From: Myxococcota bacterium
GTDB lineage: Bacteria; Myxococcota_A; Polyangia; Polyangiales; Houyiibacteriaceae
Direction: 5' to 3'
Length of the DNA: 42,056 nucleotides
Assembly: GCA_039030515.1 (NCBI GenBank)
Contig: JBCCEA010000033.1
Coordinates: 1-42,056, forward strand
Numbering within the stretch: the first letter of the stretch is position 1; every line of letters starts with the position of its first letter. Shown in pieces: positions 31,525-40,126 of the stretch. The notes under the pieces were generated by a model. That model worked only from the letters and a program-made list of their open reading frames with translations. It did not search any database and had not been told where the DNA came from. Both the position numbers and the translations under genes were made by a program.

Positions 31525-32169
31525 TCACACCTTCTTCAACACATCGCCAGCGGTGGCACCTTCATCCAGCCAAAATTCAACGGCATCAATACGTTTTTGT
31601 GAACCGACGATGAAGCGACAGTACGTAGCACCCATTGCGTAACACTGAATTTCGATTCCGCTCAAGCTACGACGAGCAAGGTGAGTCAGTACCCCCGCAA
31701 ATAGCCCTGCATAGACAAAGCACACCGGTTTACCTACCTCACCAAGAGACTTCGCTACCGCCGAATCATAGAGATCGATAAGGATAAGCCCTTGTTCTTG
31801 CTTGCTCTCAAAATCGATTTGCCAGCTCCCCCATCCCATCGTCTGAAGTGGCCACCACCACTGTTCCATGACGAACTGGAGGTTCATGCCCTGAACGTCG
31901 CGCCCAAACTCGCGGTACATACTCGATTCGAACCGCTTTACATCGCCGAGGCCCCATTCAAACCCGCATTTGTAAAGCACAACGGCCGCGGCATCGCCGA
32001 CTTCGTCTTCCAATCCAGCGACCAGACCGAGAATAAAATCCTCAGACGCATAAAAGGCTCGCTGATCATTGGAGCAGAGTACGGTGCCGTTTTCGTTATC
32101 GTAGCGAAAATAATCCTCTGAATTAAAATAGTTGTGCTTGATAGGCTGAGGCCCGATTACGACGCTCAT
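31525..32169 (-). CDS. V4R-domain protein
   Basis: YKCGFEWG, WWWPLQTMGWG, KPVCFVYAGLFAG, IEIQCYAMGATYCRF; AGGGGGA RBS. Confidence 0.93.
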   Translation of the reverse strand: MSVVIGPQPIKHNYFNSEDYFRYDNENGTVLCSNDQRAFYASEDFILGLVAGLEDEVGDAAAVVLYKCGFEWGLGDVKRFESSMYREFGRDVQGMNLQFVMEQWWWPLQTMGWGSWQIDFESKQEQGLILIDLYDSAVAKSLGEVGKPVCFVYAGLFAGVLTHLARRSLSGIEIQCYAMGATYCRFIVGSQKRIDAVEFWLDEGATAGDVLKKV

Positions 32170-32233
32170 GAAATCCCCCTCTTGAAATCCAGACTCTCAT
32201 AGAATCAATCCTCGCGTAAGAGCGAAAGGACGA

Positions 32234-32713
32234 CTACGCAGTTCGTGAGTCATTCAATACTTTTTGTACATCGACTTCAACATGCTGTAGCTGTCGAAGT
32301 ACGCTTCGAGTCATTATCTTTCCCGGAGCCAGCAACTCTTGTCCATTTACGGGATGGAGCAGTCGTTGCTCTGTACGTCTTCCAATAAGCGACTCTAAAT
32401 CTGCAGTGCGTTCGACATACAGACCTTCTGGCAGCTTGACGATAACCCCGTCATTGACCACTTTCGCTTGACAGGCGAGTCGGGAGGAACCGCAGGAACT
32501 GCCGATAAGGTCTAGGGTACGCACTTCGCGCTTGGTTCGAGGCGTCAGTGCATCGTTGCCGTGCTCGATGTAGACATGGCAGGTAGCGCAGAGTCCCCGT
32601 CCTCCACAGGCCATCTTCACCGGCACCTGTTCGGATAGCAGCGCCTGCAGCAGTTGATCGTGAGTCTTGACCTCAACAACGCGCGCGGTTTGAGCGAACT
32701 GAACCGCCTTCAC
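32234..32713 (-). CDS. 2Fe-2S ferredoxin-type protein with C-terminal extension
   Basis: CGGRGLCATC and SRLACQ; tail LIGRRTEQRLLHPVNG..GKIMTRS. GTG start overlaps the upstream TGA. Confidence 0.93.
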   Translation of the reverse strand: MKAVQFAQTARVVEVKTHDQLLQALLSEQVPVKMACGGRGLCATCHVYIEHGNDALTPRTKREVRTLDLIGSSCGSSRLACQAKVVNDGVIVKLPEGLYVERTADLESLIGRRTEQRLLHPVNGQELLAPGKIMTRSVLRQLQHVEVDVQKVLNDSRTA

Positions 32714-33063
32714 GGGCTCGCCTCTTCTCCCAAGAGTTTGCAAAGGACGGAGGAAGTAGAGCCTCGAACCGCGGGCCCCAACAGCACTTGAGGCACGGGA
32801 TCACGAAACACTCGTCGCTCGGGTCGGAAGGGGTCTCGTCGCGTGACGGTGCTGATGGCATGCGGTCTTGTACGACGAGGTGCGGCCTCGAACTCAGAGG
32901 AGTGCGGCTGAGACGGCTCTTCTTTTTTGGGCGCAGATTCTAAAGGAGCTGGAACCTCATGCACTATGGGCGCTGAGGCTTCTGTGCTTGGCATCGCCTC
33001 AGAGAGTGCTGACGACATTCCGTCAAGCAAAGCAAGCAGTTGACTATTTGGTTCACTACCCAT
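32710..33063 (-). CDS. Hypothetical low-complexity protein
   Basis: Coupled at both ends (TGATG and GTGA overlaps) inside the operon. Confidence 0.6.
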   Translation of the reverse strand: MGSEPNSQLLALLDGMSSALSEAMPSTEASAPIVHEVPAPLESAPKKEEPSQPHSSEFEAAPRRTRPHAISTVTRRDPFRPERRVFRDPVPQVLLGPAVRGSTSSVLCKLLGEEASP

Positions 33064-33893
33064 CAAGCACTTCTCCTCTCAGGCTGAAAGAACGCGACCC
33101 TCTCGAGTCGGGCGCTCAAAGCCGGATCTGTTCGCTGCACGTCGAAATGCTCCGCATCCGGACAACGCGCATAGACCCTACCCAGAAAACCCTCCAGCCA
33201 TGCCCGAATCCTTGGAGCGAGCAAGACCGGATCGCCCTGCAACTCTCCAGATACGTACCCATCGAGGTTAAACTGAAGATCCCAGTGTTCCGTGGCCTCG
33301 TCTCCTGCACTAGTTAGCGCCTTCTTCAGATAGTTCCGGCGCACGGCTCCTCCGAGTAAGTCCGAATAGTTACGGGATGCTTGGTTGATAAGTCCGAGGA
33401 AGGCCGCATTGGGATTTTCTTTTGATTCCTCAAGAGCGTGGGACTCCTCGCGACTCAAAGGACTCTGCTGCGCCGACGCGGCTTGTGCTGAAGCTGCTTC
33501 CGTTATCGGCGTCGCTTCCGCTTCTGGAAAACTCTGCGGGAGCTCCGAGGTGCTCAGCGCCTCTGAGTGTGCAGCCCGCAGCGCTTCGACCTGCTCGCCC
33601 AACGAATGCAGGAGCGCTGCAACATCCAGTGCATGCTCACCGAGTACGATGAGGACATGATCGCCGATGAGCGAGAACACGAGACTGCTTTGTAGGTATT
33701 CAAGTCGCACAAAGGACATCGACGGGGTGGCGGAGCGGAATACCGGGCGTATCGTTTGCGCTAAGGTCCGCAAAGGCACGATCGTGTCATCGAAGCGAAC
33801 CTGGAGAACCCGTCGCTCCGTGCCGACCAAGGCCGCAGCGCGCACGTGGGGCTCGAGAACGATGGACTGCAAGAAGTCTATTGCGACGCGCAT
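33063..33893 (-). CDS. Protein with N-terminal Roadblock/LC7 (MglB-like) domain
   Basis: PHVRAAALVGTERRVL...VRLEYLQSSLVFSLIGDHVLIVLGEHALDVAALL fits the Roadblock strand pattern; GAGGAG RBS; near mglA-like gene. Confidence 0.6.
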   Translation of the reverse strand: MRVAIDFLQSIVLEPHVRAAALVGTERRVLQVRFDDTIVPLRTLAQTIRPVFRSATPSMSFVRLEYLQSSLVFSLIGDHVLIVLGEHALDVAALLHSLGEQVEALRAAHSEALSTSELPQSFPEAEATPITEAASAQAASAQQSPLSREESHALEESKENPNAAFLGLINQASRNYSDLLGGAVRRNYLKKALTSAGDEATEHWDLQFNLDGYVSGELQGDPVLLAPRIRAWLEGFLGRVYARCPDAEHFDVQRTDPALSARLERVAFFQPERRSA

Positions 33894-34501
33894 GCTCGCT
33901 CCTCAGCAAATTCTCGAAGTTGAGGATCATCGACCGGTCGTTCTTTCGGGTCGACAAAGAACACCAGCGTCTCGCCCTCAGCGCGCGTGAGCAGTGCGGC
34001 CATATCGGAGCCGTTGAGGGTTCCTCGTTGGAGCTCGCCTAAGGAGAGGATGTGGCCCGCCGCCATACCCAGCTCGGAAACCATGGTCACTGCACGCCTC
34101 CAGTCGACGGGAACATGGTTGTCTCCGACTGCGTTTTTGATCGTGCCCTTCGCATCGACTCGCAGCTCCGCGATCACTCCGGTGAGAGAGGGTGATGACG
34201 TCTCAGAGCTCGACGAACGTCCCGAAACCGGGTTCAGGAGCAGCGACTGCACGAAGCGCAGGTGGGCGGAGTGAAGCGACGGAATCAGCGCCGATATTCC
34301 TTTTTCTTGAAAAGCAAGCGTGGCCGCAGCTGGGATGGTGCTCACCTGCTTCTTCAACAAATCACTGCCGCGATAGACTTGGGTGACCGTCATCGCTTCG
34401 GGGTCTAGAAATAGCTGGCTGACCACGCGCAGCTGGGTGTCGCCGACCGTCACGATCGACTCCTGCTTTTGTTCCTTGTTCGGATCGACTTGCGCACTCA
34501 T
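33878..34501 (-). CDS. Protein with C-terminal Roadblock/LC7 (MglB-like) domain
   Basis: GVIAELRVDAKGTI...LGMAAGHILSLGELQRGTLNG...LVFFVD; ATGA overlap with the GTPase stop. Confidence 0.6.
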   Translation of the reverse strand: MSAQVDPNKEQKQESIVTVGDTQLRVVSQLFLDPEAMTVTQVYRGSDLLKKQVSTIPAAATLAFQEKGISALIPSLHSAHLRFVQSLLLNPVSGRSSSSETSSPSLTGVIAELRVDAKGTIKNAVGDNHVPVDWRRAVTMVSELGMAAGHILSLGELQRGTLNGSDMAALLTRAEGETLVFFVDPKERPVDDPQLREFAEERACASQ

Positions 34502-36405
34502 GTTCCATTCCGGTCCGTCCGCGAGGCACTGCTCGAGCGCCACCAGCTCTTCTTCGCCTCAATACGCTCCCGAAGTTCTTGCATTGATTCCGCAATAAGG
34601 TTGACCTGATGTCCAAGCTGGCTGGAGCGTTCCTCGATGGCGCTCTCGAGACGTGACGCATGCTGCGCTAGGTGCTCGAGTCGCTGGGAAGCGTCGGTGT
34701 CGACGCCGTCGGTGCTCTCTTTACGCGTTCCGATTTGTTCCGCCATGTTCTCGACGGCTTTGGTCACGCCTTCTTCGGTGGAGTCTAGAGCAACCCCAAC
34801 CCAGGAGATTACCTGTTTTGGAATGGTTCCAATCAGTTTCTCCTGCATTTCTTCCAGCGCTTTTCGAAAGAATCCTTTCACATCGGTCGCTGCCGATGCA
34901 AAACGCTCCTCCAGCGCTTCAACCCGCTTTTCTACTTTGAGGACAACCCCTTGAATTTTAGATACCTGGCTGCCTGTACTCTTTGTTTGTTTCGTATTCT
35001 CACGAACTTCTGCATGAATCTCGACCTGATTCTTACCGAGCTGATTCATCGACTTTGCGAGCGTCTCGAGAGACTCTTTAACCTTCGACTTATCGGATAG
35101 CGTGCGTACATCGGCCTCCAGTTTGCCGAGCAATTCCCCCTGCCGTTTGGTCTCCTCCTGCATTGCAGACTGCGTTTCTCCCACATCGCGCACAGCACTC
35201 GCCAGCGAATCAATGCTCTCGCGCAGCGCATCTATCCCGGGATTTGATGCGTTTTGTCCCAGTAGAGATTCGAGCTTTTCAACGACTCTGAGATTCTGCT
35301 CTTTTTGCGCCTTCTCCAGCTCTGCAGCGGTGCGATTCATCGCTTCGCTCAGAGAAGACTCCACCTGATTGAGACGCTGAGAAAGTACGCGACTGGAGGC
35401 GATCGCTTCTCGCAGCTGAACCTCGATGGCCACCTGTTCGCTGGAACTATTCATGACTGCCGCCGCAACCGCCGTCATATTGGTTTGAGAGCTCTTAGCC
35501 ACCGCCGCCGCCGGTGAAGCGCTGCCCGAAACTCCGAGAGACACCCCGGAGCTGGATGTTGCCGGATTCAGGTGACCGGAGTTCGACCCGCCGGTGGACA
35601 TCGAGCCGTGGCTTTGGGCCGGCGCCGCAGGAGAAGGGCGGAATTCCGATTGCATGGCCTCTTGTTTGGCCCGTATCCGCGGAGCCAGAGGCACTGGCTG
35701 CCTGTCGACTTTGGGATCTTCAGCCTCTGAACTCGGCCCGTCTTCTGCCGTCAACTCTTGACGCAACGTCTCACCGTCAAGGCCACTTTCAGTTCCTGCA
35801 GAGATCACCTCTTTGCTGTCCCGAACCGATCCCCGTATGTGCTTCAGCACCGCATCGACAACCGTCCGAAGGGTTTCAAATACGCCTTGTCCCTTGAACG
35901 CAACCGATTCGGTGGCGATGGCATCTTGAAGCCCGAGCGCCTCGAGAAGCGCTTTGGGTTCCATGGCATCCGGTAAATCCCGCTTGTTCAGCTGTACCAC
36001 CATCGGAAGATCATCGGGCAGTCCATTGGCGGCGAGATGCTCTCGCAAGTCTTCCAAAGTCTTACGATTTCGGTCGAGCGCTGCGGCTTGCGAGTCGAGC
36101 ACCAGCACCACGCCGTCTGCAGCGGCGAGCACCCGCTTGCGTGTTTCCGAATATTTCGCCTGACCGGGTACGGTGTAGAGCTGTACCTTGACGTCACATC
36201 CGTTTACCTTGCCCAGCTCAAAGGGGAGATAGTCGAAAAACAGGGTTCGATCGCCGTCGGTATTGAGCGACATCATCTCCCCGGTGCGTCCCTGATTGGA
36301 GCGCTTCTTGATCTCCTCCAGATTCGTGGTTTTTCCGCTAAGTCCGGCCCCGTAATATACGATTTTGGTTTCGAGAACTCGCTTCTTCACGTTTAGGTAG
36401 GGCAA
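34498..36405 (-). CDS. MglA-family small GTPase fused to a long Ser/Ala-rich linker and coiled coil
   Basis: KIVYYGAGLSGKTTNL, DRTLFFD, LYTVPGQ, DGVVLVLDSQ, NKRDLP closely follow M. xanthus MglA; about 440 aa extra C-terminal region. Confidence 0.93.
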   Translation of the reverse strand: MPYLNVKKRVLETKIVYYGAGLSGKTTNLEEIKKRSNQGRTGEMMSLNTDGDRTLFFDYLPFELGKVNGCDVKVQLYTVPGQAKYSETRKRVLAAADGVVLVLDSQAAALDRNRKTLEDLREHLAANGLPDDLPMVVQLNKRDLPDAMEPKALLEALGLQDAIATESVAFKGQGVFETLRTVVDAVLKHIRGSVRDSKEVISAGTESGLDGETLRQELTAEDGPSSEAEDPKVDRQPVPLAPRIRAKQEAMQSEFRPSPAAPAQSHGSMSTGGSNSGHLNPATSSSGVSLGVSGSASPAAAVAKSSQTNMTAVAAAVMNSSSEQVAIEVQLREAIASSRVLSQRLNQVESSLSEAMNRTAAELEKAQKEQNLRVVEKLESLLGQNASNPGIDALRESIDSLASAVRDVGETQSAMQEETKRQGELLGKLEADVRTLSDKSKVKESLETLAKSMNQLGKNQVEIHAEVRENTKQTKSTGSQVSKIQGVVLKVEKRVEALEERFASAATDVKGFFRKALEEMQEKLIGTIPKQVISWVGVALDSTEEGVTKAVENMAEQIGTRKESTDGVDTDASQRLEHLAQHASRLESAIEERSSQLGHQVNLIAESMQELRERIEAKKSWWRSSSASRTDRNGT

Positions 36406-36481
36406 AAACAGGCTCCTCTCAGAATCTCGCTATCTAATCATCTCACGACACACCAGGACTCAAAGCGAAGTAGCAGAACCA

Positions 36482-37417
36482 CTAAGTTTGAGACTCATCG
36501 ATGAGTCGCAGAGATTCCATAATCAAATGTTGCGTATTTCGCGTGATCGTAACTTCGTCACATTCTGCGCCTCGTTCGTAAACGAAACGACCTTTTGAAA
36601 TCTGTAGTGCGCTTAGGAAACCCTGTTCGCCTGTGGAGTCACCACAGAGGGCGTGACTTACTTGGCCCTGCCGGAAATACACCTGTGCAGCGTCATCTCC
36701 CGAGAGGCGAAGGCAGCCTGTTTCCATGTTCTGACCAAAAAGCTGCACAAGATCAGTAAGAAGACCCGGGTGTAGCTCTCCCTTCATGAGGACACGAGCG
36801 CCCTTGTCTGCGCTTGCCTCCGTGAGCGTTCCGAGCTCGTCAGCGACACCTGGGGGCGGCGCAACGGACTCGATGGTCGCAAGCAAGGCCCCGTAATCCG
36901 TGTCGTCGCCGGCGAACGCCTGCAGGAATTCACCGACCAACTGTCCTTCCTCGGGATCTTGGGCGGCGTGCGACGGACCTAAGAGTGCGGATGCATCGGT
37001 TCGAAACGCTTCGTCCGGGATCGAGAACAGTTCACCGGGCTGAGTTTGACCGTGTTGACCGTTGCGGCTTGGGCTGCTGGGAGAAGGCACCGCGCTTAGA
37101 GAGTCACGCGGAAGTTCGGAGCGATCGGCAAATGGGATCAGCTTGGAGGGACTCGGCGGCGTGTAGGGAACCATCAGCTGCAGGTCGTCAAAAACCGACA
37201 CGTTCGGTGCACGATCGCGATCGATGATGCATTGACGGATTTCCGTCACCGCCGCTGCAAGGCGCTGGCTTGCAAGCTCTACGTCGATACCACCAAGCTG
37301 CATCAGACTGGCGACACGCTTCATCGGTGGAATCGAAATAATGGCGAGCGCCTCGAGATTGCTGCTTCTCAGCGCTTTGTCGAGGTGTTCAATTTGCGAG
37401 GTCCAGTCGTGGGGCAT
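36482..37417 (-). CDS. DUF4388 (PatA_N-like) domain protein
   Basis: C-terminal LMKGEL..LTDLVQLF..ETGCLRL..VYFRQGQVSHA..GEQGF..GRFVY..LIMESLRLIDE. Start 37417 preferred over 37438 given the promoter position. Confidence 0.85.
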   Translation of the reverse strand: MPHDWTSQIEHLDKALRSSNLEALAIISIPPMKRVASLMQLGGIDVELASQRLAAAVTEIRQCIIDRDRAPNVSVFDDLQLMVPYTPPSPSKLIPFADRSELPRDSLSAVPSPSSPSRNGQHGQTQPGELFSIPDEAFRTDASALLGPSHAAQDPEEGQLVGEFLQAFAGDDTDYGALLATIESVAPPPGVADELGTLTEASADKGARVLMKGELHPGLLTDLVQLFGQNMETGCLRLSGDDAAQVYFRQGQVSHALCGDSTGEQGFLSALQISKGRFVYERGAECDEVTITRNTQHLIMESLRLIDESQT

Positions 37418-37453
37418 GAGACTTCGAGCAGGTTCCATACGACGCGAATACTT

Positions 37454-37469
37454 CGCAAGACACGTGCCT
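37454..37469 (-). promoter_or_regulatory. Sigma-54 (-24/-12) promoter
   Basis: Minus strand reads AGGCACGTGTCTTGCG, matching GGCAC-N5-TTGC with exact GG-N10-GC spacing, just upstream of the first operon gene. Confidence 0.8.
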
Positions 37470-37521
37470 ATCCAAGTGCACTAAAGATCATTCAGCTTTT
37501 GCAAAAACGACTTTGTGCTTT

Positions 37522-37594
37522 GTTCGACCAACCGAACGCCCGCGGTTCTTTTCGTTCGACTGCTCGAACGTTCGAGTGTTCAAGCGTTCGAGCA
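37522..37594. promoter_or_regulatory. Candidate upstream activator sites (GTTCG-N6-CGAAC palindromes)
   Basis: Palindromes at 37522-37537 and 37554-37569, 32 bp apart; also a 10 bp inverted pair at 37561-37570 and 37585-37594. Confidence 0.6.
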
Positions 37595-37614
37595 CGAGGC
37601 GCGCCGGATTCACC

Positions 37615-39069
37615 CTAGTCCGACTTGGAGGGTTCCATCGAGTAGCGCTTCATCTTGCTCCAAAGCGTCGATCGGGAGATTCCTAGGACGGTAGCCGCTT
37701 CTTTGAGGGAGCCTCCCGAAAGTTCAAGAGCACGCCGGATTTGAACGCGCTCCATTCTTTCAAGCACCTCGGTCTTCGCGTCCTCAAGTCGTATGGGTAG
37801 CTTGGTGGTGATGTGGTCTTTTTCCTGCTTTGCATCGAAAAGCGGATCAAGCCGCAAATCGTCGCTGAGGATCTGCCCGTCTTCTGCGAGCAAGACCGCT
37901 CGGTCCATGACGTTGCGGAGCTCCCGCACGTTCCCCGGCCAAGCGTGCTGCAGTAGCGCTTCTTTGGCCTCCATCGTGAGTTGCGGCAGCGGCAGTCCGT
38001 GTTCGATCTGAGAAAGCTGTAGAAACGACTCTGCCATCGGCAAAATATCTTCAACCCGTTCTCGCAGAGGCGGAATACGGATGATGACGGTACTCAACCG
38101 ATAGAATAAGTCGCGCCTCAATCGACCTTGCTCGATCGCAACTTGAGGATCGAGATTGGTTGCGGCGAGAAAGCGAACGTCGATATCGCGCCGCTCGTCA
38201 CTTCCAATAGGGAAAAAACACTTTTGTTCCACGGCTCTGAGTAGCTTTGGCTGAAGATCGATATCGAGTTCGCACAGCTCATCGAGCAGAAGGGTTCCGG
38301 TATCTGCCGATAAGAACAAGCCCCGCCGCTCTCGATCCGAGCCGGTGTAGGCGCCGCGAACACTTCCGAAGAGTTCTGCTTCCACCATCGCACTCGGAAA
38401 CGCTGCGACGTTGACTCGAACAAAGGGCTTGTTTGCGCGCTTGCTGCTCTCGTGGATAAAGCCGGCTACGATTTCCTTACCCACCCCGCTTTCACCGACG
38501 ATCAGTGCGCTTGAGTTGGACTGAGCGACCTTACGCGCCACCGAAAGAGTTTTGCGGAACGCCTCGCTCACCGCGATCATCGACTCCGAATGAGCTGCGC
38601 GCTGTATCCGCAGCTGAATCGTACGACTTGCCAGCGCAAGTTCGATTCGCTGTACGACCGAATCGAGATCCATCGGCTTGTGAATGAAATCCATCGCGCC
38701 AAGGCGCATGGTCCGAACGACAGCGTCCTGGGAATCGTCTCCGGAAACCACGAGAACCACCGGTTCGCTATCGAGACGACGTAAGCGCTTAAGAAACTCG
38801 TACCCGTCGAGATCAGGCATGTGAATATCGAGCAAAACCACGTCGAAATGAGCTGTCTGCAGGCGGCTCAACGCGTCGGCACCGTCTGAAATCCATTCGA
38901 CTTGATAGCCGCGTCGCGACAGGGCCCGAGACATCGCCTGTGCGAGTAAAACCTCGTCCTCGATGACGAGCATGCGGACCCCATCAGCAGAGGTGTCTCG
39001 GCAGACGGAGGATGCTGTTCGGTGCTCGGCTTCCACCACGGAACCTTGGGGGTTGGGGGATTTGGTCAC
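37615..39069 (-). CDS. Sigma-54-dependent response regulator (REC-AAA+-Fis HTH, NtrC family)
   Basis: IEDE, LLDIHMP, FIHKP; GESGVGKE; ELFG..GAYTGS; LLLDE; RRDLFYRL; WPGNVREL; AATVLGISRSTLWSKM. Confidence 0.96.
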   Translation of the reverse strand: MTKSPNPQGSVVEAEHRTASSVCRDTSADGVRMLVIEDEVLLAQAMSRALSRRGYQVEWISDGADALSRLQTAHFDVVLLDIHMPDLDGYEFLKRLRRLDSEPVVLVVSGDDSQDAVVRTMRLGAMDFIHKPMDLDSVVQRIELALASRTIQLRIQRAAHSESMIAVSEAFRKTLSVARKVAQSNSSALIVGESGVGKEIVAGFIHESSKRANKPFVRVNVAAFPSAMVEAELFGSVRGAYTGSDRERRGLFLSADTGTLLLDELCELDIDLQPKLLRAVEQKCFFPIGSDERRDIDVRFLAATNLDPQVAIEQGRLRRDLFYRLSTVIIRIPPLRERVEDILPMAESFLQLSQIEHGLPLPQLTMEAKEALLQHAWPGNVRELRNVMDRAVLLAEDGQILSDDLRLDPLFDAKQEKDHITTKLPIRLEDAKTEVLERMERVQIRRALELSGGSLKEAATVLGISRSTLWSKMKRYSMEPSKSD

Positions 39070-40070
39070 GTCAGGTCATCGTTTGCCGGTGCGTTTGGAG
39101 ATGATACACGGGCTCTATGTCGCCGAGAAGAGACAGCGACCGGCGCCTGTCCTGGTCTGAACGCGTGGGGCGACAGGCTCCGCCGCTGAGCCTGTCGCCG
39201 TATTTTCGCGCTTTTTGAGGCGAATCGACGATGTTCTCGATTCGGTTTTGGGTAAGTTAAGGTGGTTTGGTCCGCTTGATCGCTCACGGTGCTCGGTAGT
39301 CGCTCCTCGGCGCCATCTGCTGGAAGCGGGGCATTTGGTTCTTCGGTCGCCGCAAGATCGCTTGAGTCCCCCGCTTCGTCTGGGCTCTCGTCAGGACCGG
39401 CGGGCTCTTGATCCATTGGTGCGTCCGGTGAAACGGCATCGCCAGATTGGGAATCCGGTGAAACGGCATCGCCAGGTTCGGCATCTTGTTGAACAAGCTG
39501 GCAGACGCCGTGTTCGTCGCAATATTGTTCGTCAGCGCACGAGGGATTGCATAGCGAAACGCATTGACCCGACCGGCATACTCGACCGTTCCGGCACTGA
39601 GGATCACAGGCTTCGATGCAAAAACCTCGAAAGCAGGTCATTCCAGGACTGCACTCTGGAACGCAGGGCGGATTCATCTGTACCGGATCTGGAAGAGCAA
39701 GTCCGACGTAGGCGACTAGAACCGATGCGCCCAATTCAGGTGTCCACCGATAGGAGAATACCGTGTCTCCCCCTAGCTCACAGGCTGCCTCGAACAGCTT
39801 TCGCTCACAGTGGAGTCGTGTCGCGTCCCTCAGGTGAGCCGGGGTCGACGCGTCGCGGTCGCACTTAACCTGAGCCATGGCTACCGGAGTCACCGTGTTC
39901 GGAGGTGGACTAAGAGGGTAGGATCGCACCCTGCAGTCTGCGGTTTGAGAGGGTAGAATCGTTTGAACGCTGTCGTGCGCTTTTGTCGTACATCCACTGA
40001 ATAGCGATCCGCAACAAGCAAGTGCGAGAATGCTTGCGCAGCGCCTACGTGTGACGTCCATGTCCACCAT
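39066..40070 (-). CDS. Putative lipoprotein with Cys-rich repeats and acidic linker
   Basis: Lipobox-like LFSGC; three Cys-rich units (CVPECSPGMTC, CDPQCRNGRVC, CNPSCADEQYC); 22 bp direct repeat at 39424 and 39454. Confidence 0.7.
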   Translation of the reverse strand: MVDMDVTRRRCASILALACCGSLFSGCTTKAHDSVQTILPSQTADCRVRSYPLSPPPNTVTPVAMAQVKCDRDASTPAHLRDATRLHCERKLFEAACELGGDTVFSYRWTPELGASVLVAYVGLALPDPVQMNPPCVPECSPGMTCFRGFCIEACDPQCRNGRVCRSGQCVSLCNPSCADEQYCDEHGVCQLVQQDAEPGDAVSPDSQSGDAVSPDAPMDQEPAGPDESPDEAGDSSDLAATEEPNAPLPADGAEERLPSTVSDQADQTTLTYPKPNREHRRFASKSAKIRRQAQRRSLSPHAFRPGQAPVAVSSRRHRARVSSPNAPANDDLT

Positions 40071-40126
40071 AAGAACTTTCGGTCACGGGACCGATCGACT
40101 TTAAGACTATCTCTGAGCCAAAAGCG

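Noticed and set aside
26398..32713. Photosynthetic phycobilisome genes or a cyanobacterial contaminant
   Set aside because: No recognisable linker, lyase or photosystem genes; globins lack the CxRD cysteine; the cluster is coupled to myxobacterial-type genes under a sigma-54 promoter, and cyanobacteria lack sigma-54.
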